NCBI GenBank assembly: GCA_965248065.1
Contig: OZ252088.1
Coordinates: forward strand, 1,292,773 to 1,356,772
DNA from: Dehalococcoidia bacterium
GTDB taxonomy: Bacteria; Chloroflexota; Dehalococcoidia; Lucifugimonadales; Australimonadaceae
Length of the DNA: 64,000 nucleotides
Direction: 5' to 3'
Below the pieces are notes generated by a model. The model saw nothing but the letters and a program-made list of their open reading frames with translations. It searched no databases and was not told where the DNA came from. Both the position numbers and the translations under genes were made by a program. Positions within the stretch are counted from its first letter, which is position 1, and each line of letters begins with the position of its first letter. This document shows positions 63,167 to 64,000 of this stretch, piece after piece.

Positions 63167-63544
63167 ATGCCGCTCCAGCTCGATCACACCATTGTTCCCG
63201 CATACGACAAGGTGAAGTCGGCCGAGTTCATCGCGCGCGTCTTCGGCCTGGCGTACGAAGGCCCTTGGGGGCACTTCGCGCCGGTCAAGATCAACGACAT
63301 GCTCACGCTCGATTTCGACGACTCGAAGTCCCCACGCTCGAATCACTATGCCTTTCTCGCTTCCGATGAGGAGTTCGACTCTATCCTGCAGCGGGTGAAG
63401 GACGAGGGCATCGTGTTCGGGAGCGGTCCCGGTTCGCGTACAGACGGCGAGATCAACCACAAGCACCAGGGGCGCGGCTTCTACTTCGAATGTGAGAACG
63501 GCCACGTCTGGGAAGTCATCACGCACACCTACATCACGAATTGA
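63167..63544 (+). CDS. VOC (glyoxalase/bleomycin-resistance/dioxygenase) family protein
   Basis: ATG 63167 with GGGAGG 6 nt upstream. LDHTIVPAYD...HYAFLASDEEFD...GFYFECENGHVWEV. Confidence 0.7.
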   Translation: MPLQLDHTIVPAYDKVKSAEFIARVFGLAYEGPWGHFAPVKINDMLTLDFDDSKSPRSNHYAFLASDEEFDSILQRVKDEGIVFGSGPGSRTDGEINHKHQGRGFYFECENGHVWEVITHTYITN

Positions 63545-63556
63545 GGGGCTACCGCA

Positions 63557-63919
63557 TTGGACGACGCAGCACGCAAGGCTTTGGAGAACGACCGGCTCGT
63601 TGACATCACGACTATCGGGCGGAGGAGCGGCAAGCCCTCTCGCAAGGAGGTGCGGCTGCGCCAGCTCGACGGGCAGCCGTATCTCTCCAACAACCCCGGC
63701 GCCCGCGACTGGGCGGCCAACCTTTTTGCGAACCCGGAGTTCACGTACCACCTGAAGGAGAGCGCACAGCGCGACCTCCGGGCGAGGGCCACGCCGGTGC
63801 GCGACATCGACGAGAAGCGCGCGCTGTTGACGCGCATCCTCGAAAAGGAGGATGCGCTGGAGCAGGTGGAGGCGCGCGTCGCGGGCAGCCACCTCTTCCG
63901 CATCGAGGTGCTGGACTAA
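63557..63919 (+). CDS. deazaflavin(F420)-dependent nitroreductase-family (DDN/DUF385-like) protein
   Basis: ITTIGRRSGKPSRKEV...DWAANLFANPEF matches the TTGRKSGxxR...W..NL.AnP pattern. TTG start. Confidence 0.6.
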   Translation: MDDAARKALENDRLVDITTIGRRSGKPSRKEVRLRQLDGQPYLSNNPGARDWAANLFANPEFTYHLKESAQRDLRARATPVRDIDEKRALLTRILEKEDALEQVEARVAGSHLFRIEVLD

Positions 63920-63936
63920 GGGCCTGACGGGTGGGG

Positions 63937-64000
63937 CTAGAAGCCCTTCAGCTCGGGGAAGTAGGTCGCGTAGAAGCCGCGGTCCCGGGTGAGGAAGGCA
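63937..64000 (-). CDS. 3' end of an unidentified gene (continues beyond the window)
   Basis: Minus-strand reading ...AFLTRDRGFYATYFPELKGF* with a TAG stop at 63937-63939 and GC3-rich codons. Too short to classify. Confidence 0.3.
   Translation of the reverse strand, partial: AFLTRDRGFYATYFPELKGF

Noticed and set aside
63023-63892. N-terminal 290 codons of track ORF 62012..63892.
   Set aside because: The stretch is antisense to the VOC and F420-family genes on the plus strand and has junk composition. The amidohydrolase family start MIIDMHTH is at 63022.

Overview
This is a 64-kb, gene-dense, high-GC bacterial chromosomal window (most hand-checked lines are above 60% GC). All calls come from reading the ORF track and the sequence; no searches were run, and non-coding coordinates are good to about +/-3 nt.

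Core genes: sdhA-sdhB plus an HdrB-like CCG subunit (no membrane anchor), icd, mdh, pccB, ftsZ, selA and tRNA-Leu(UAA).

Catabolic paralogs: 3 amidohydrolase_2, 3 SDR, 3 alpha/beta hydrolases, hydantoinase A/B, PrpD/MmgE, a Rieske oxygenase, 2 MFS transporters, a VOC protein and an F420-family protein. The gene content is reminiscent of Chloroflexota (SAR202-like), but that is only a guess.

Mobile and repeat load is heavy:
- One IS5-family element, with its transposase split at an A7 run.
- Three IS30-family copies, one intact and two with single-base frameshifts. All three sit at the same position of a REP palindrome.
- Four full copies of a ~190-bp MITE, inserted into REP hairpin loops with 6-bp duplications.
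- Two REP hairpin families that fill nearly every intergenic gap.
- Four copies of a ~250-bp element carrying helically phased GCGACA iterons.

Toxin-antitoxin-like pairs: vapBC, higB with a HigA-ImmA fusion, and two DUF433/DUF5615 pairs.

Most unusual observations:
1. A ~1.65-kb low-GC three-gene island at 33335-34985. It encodes two membrane proteins plus a wHTH protein with a nucleoside-2-deoxyribosyltransferase/TIR-like domain, and I consider it a candidate undescribed conflict/defence module.
2. ftsZ fused to an N-terminal XRE-type HTH extension and translationally coupled to a sigma-70 region-4-like gene.
3. The GCGACA iteron elements.
4. A frameshifted SET-domain gene bracketed by ~110-bp direct repeats.

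No rRNA and no CRISPR array were seen.
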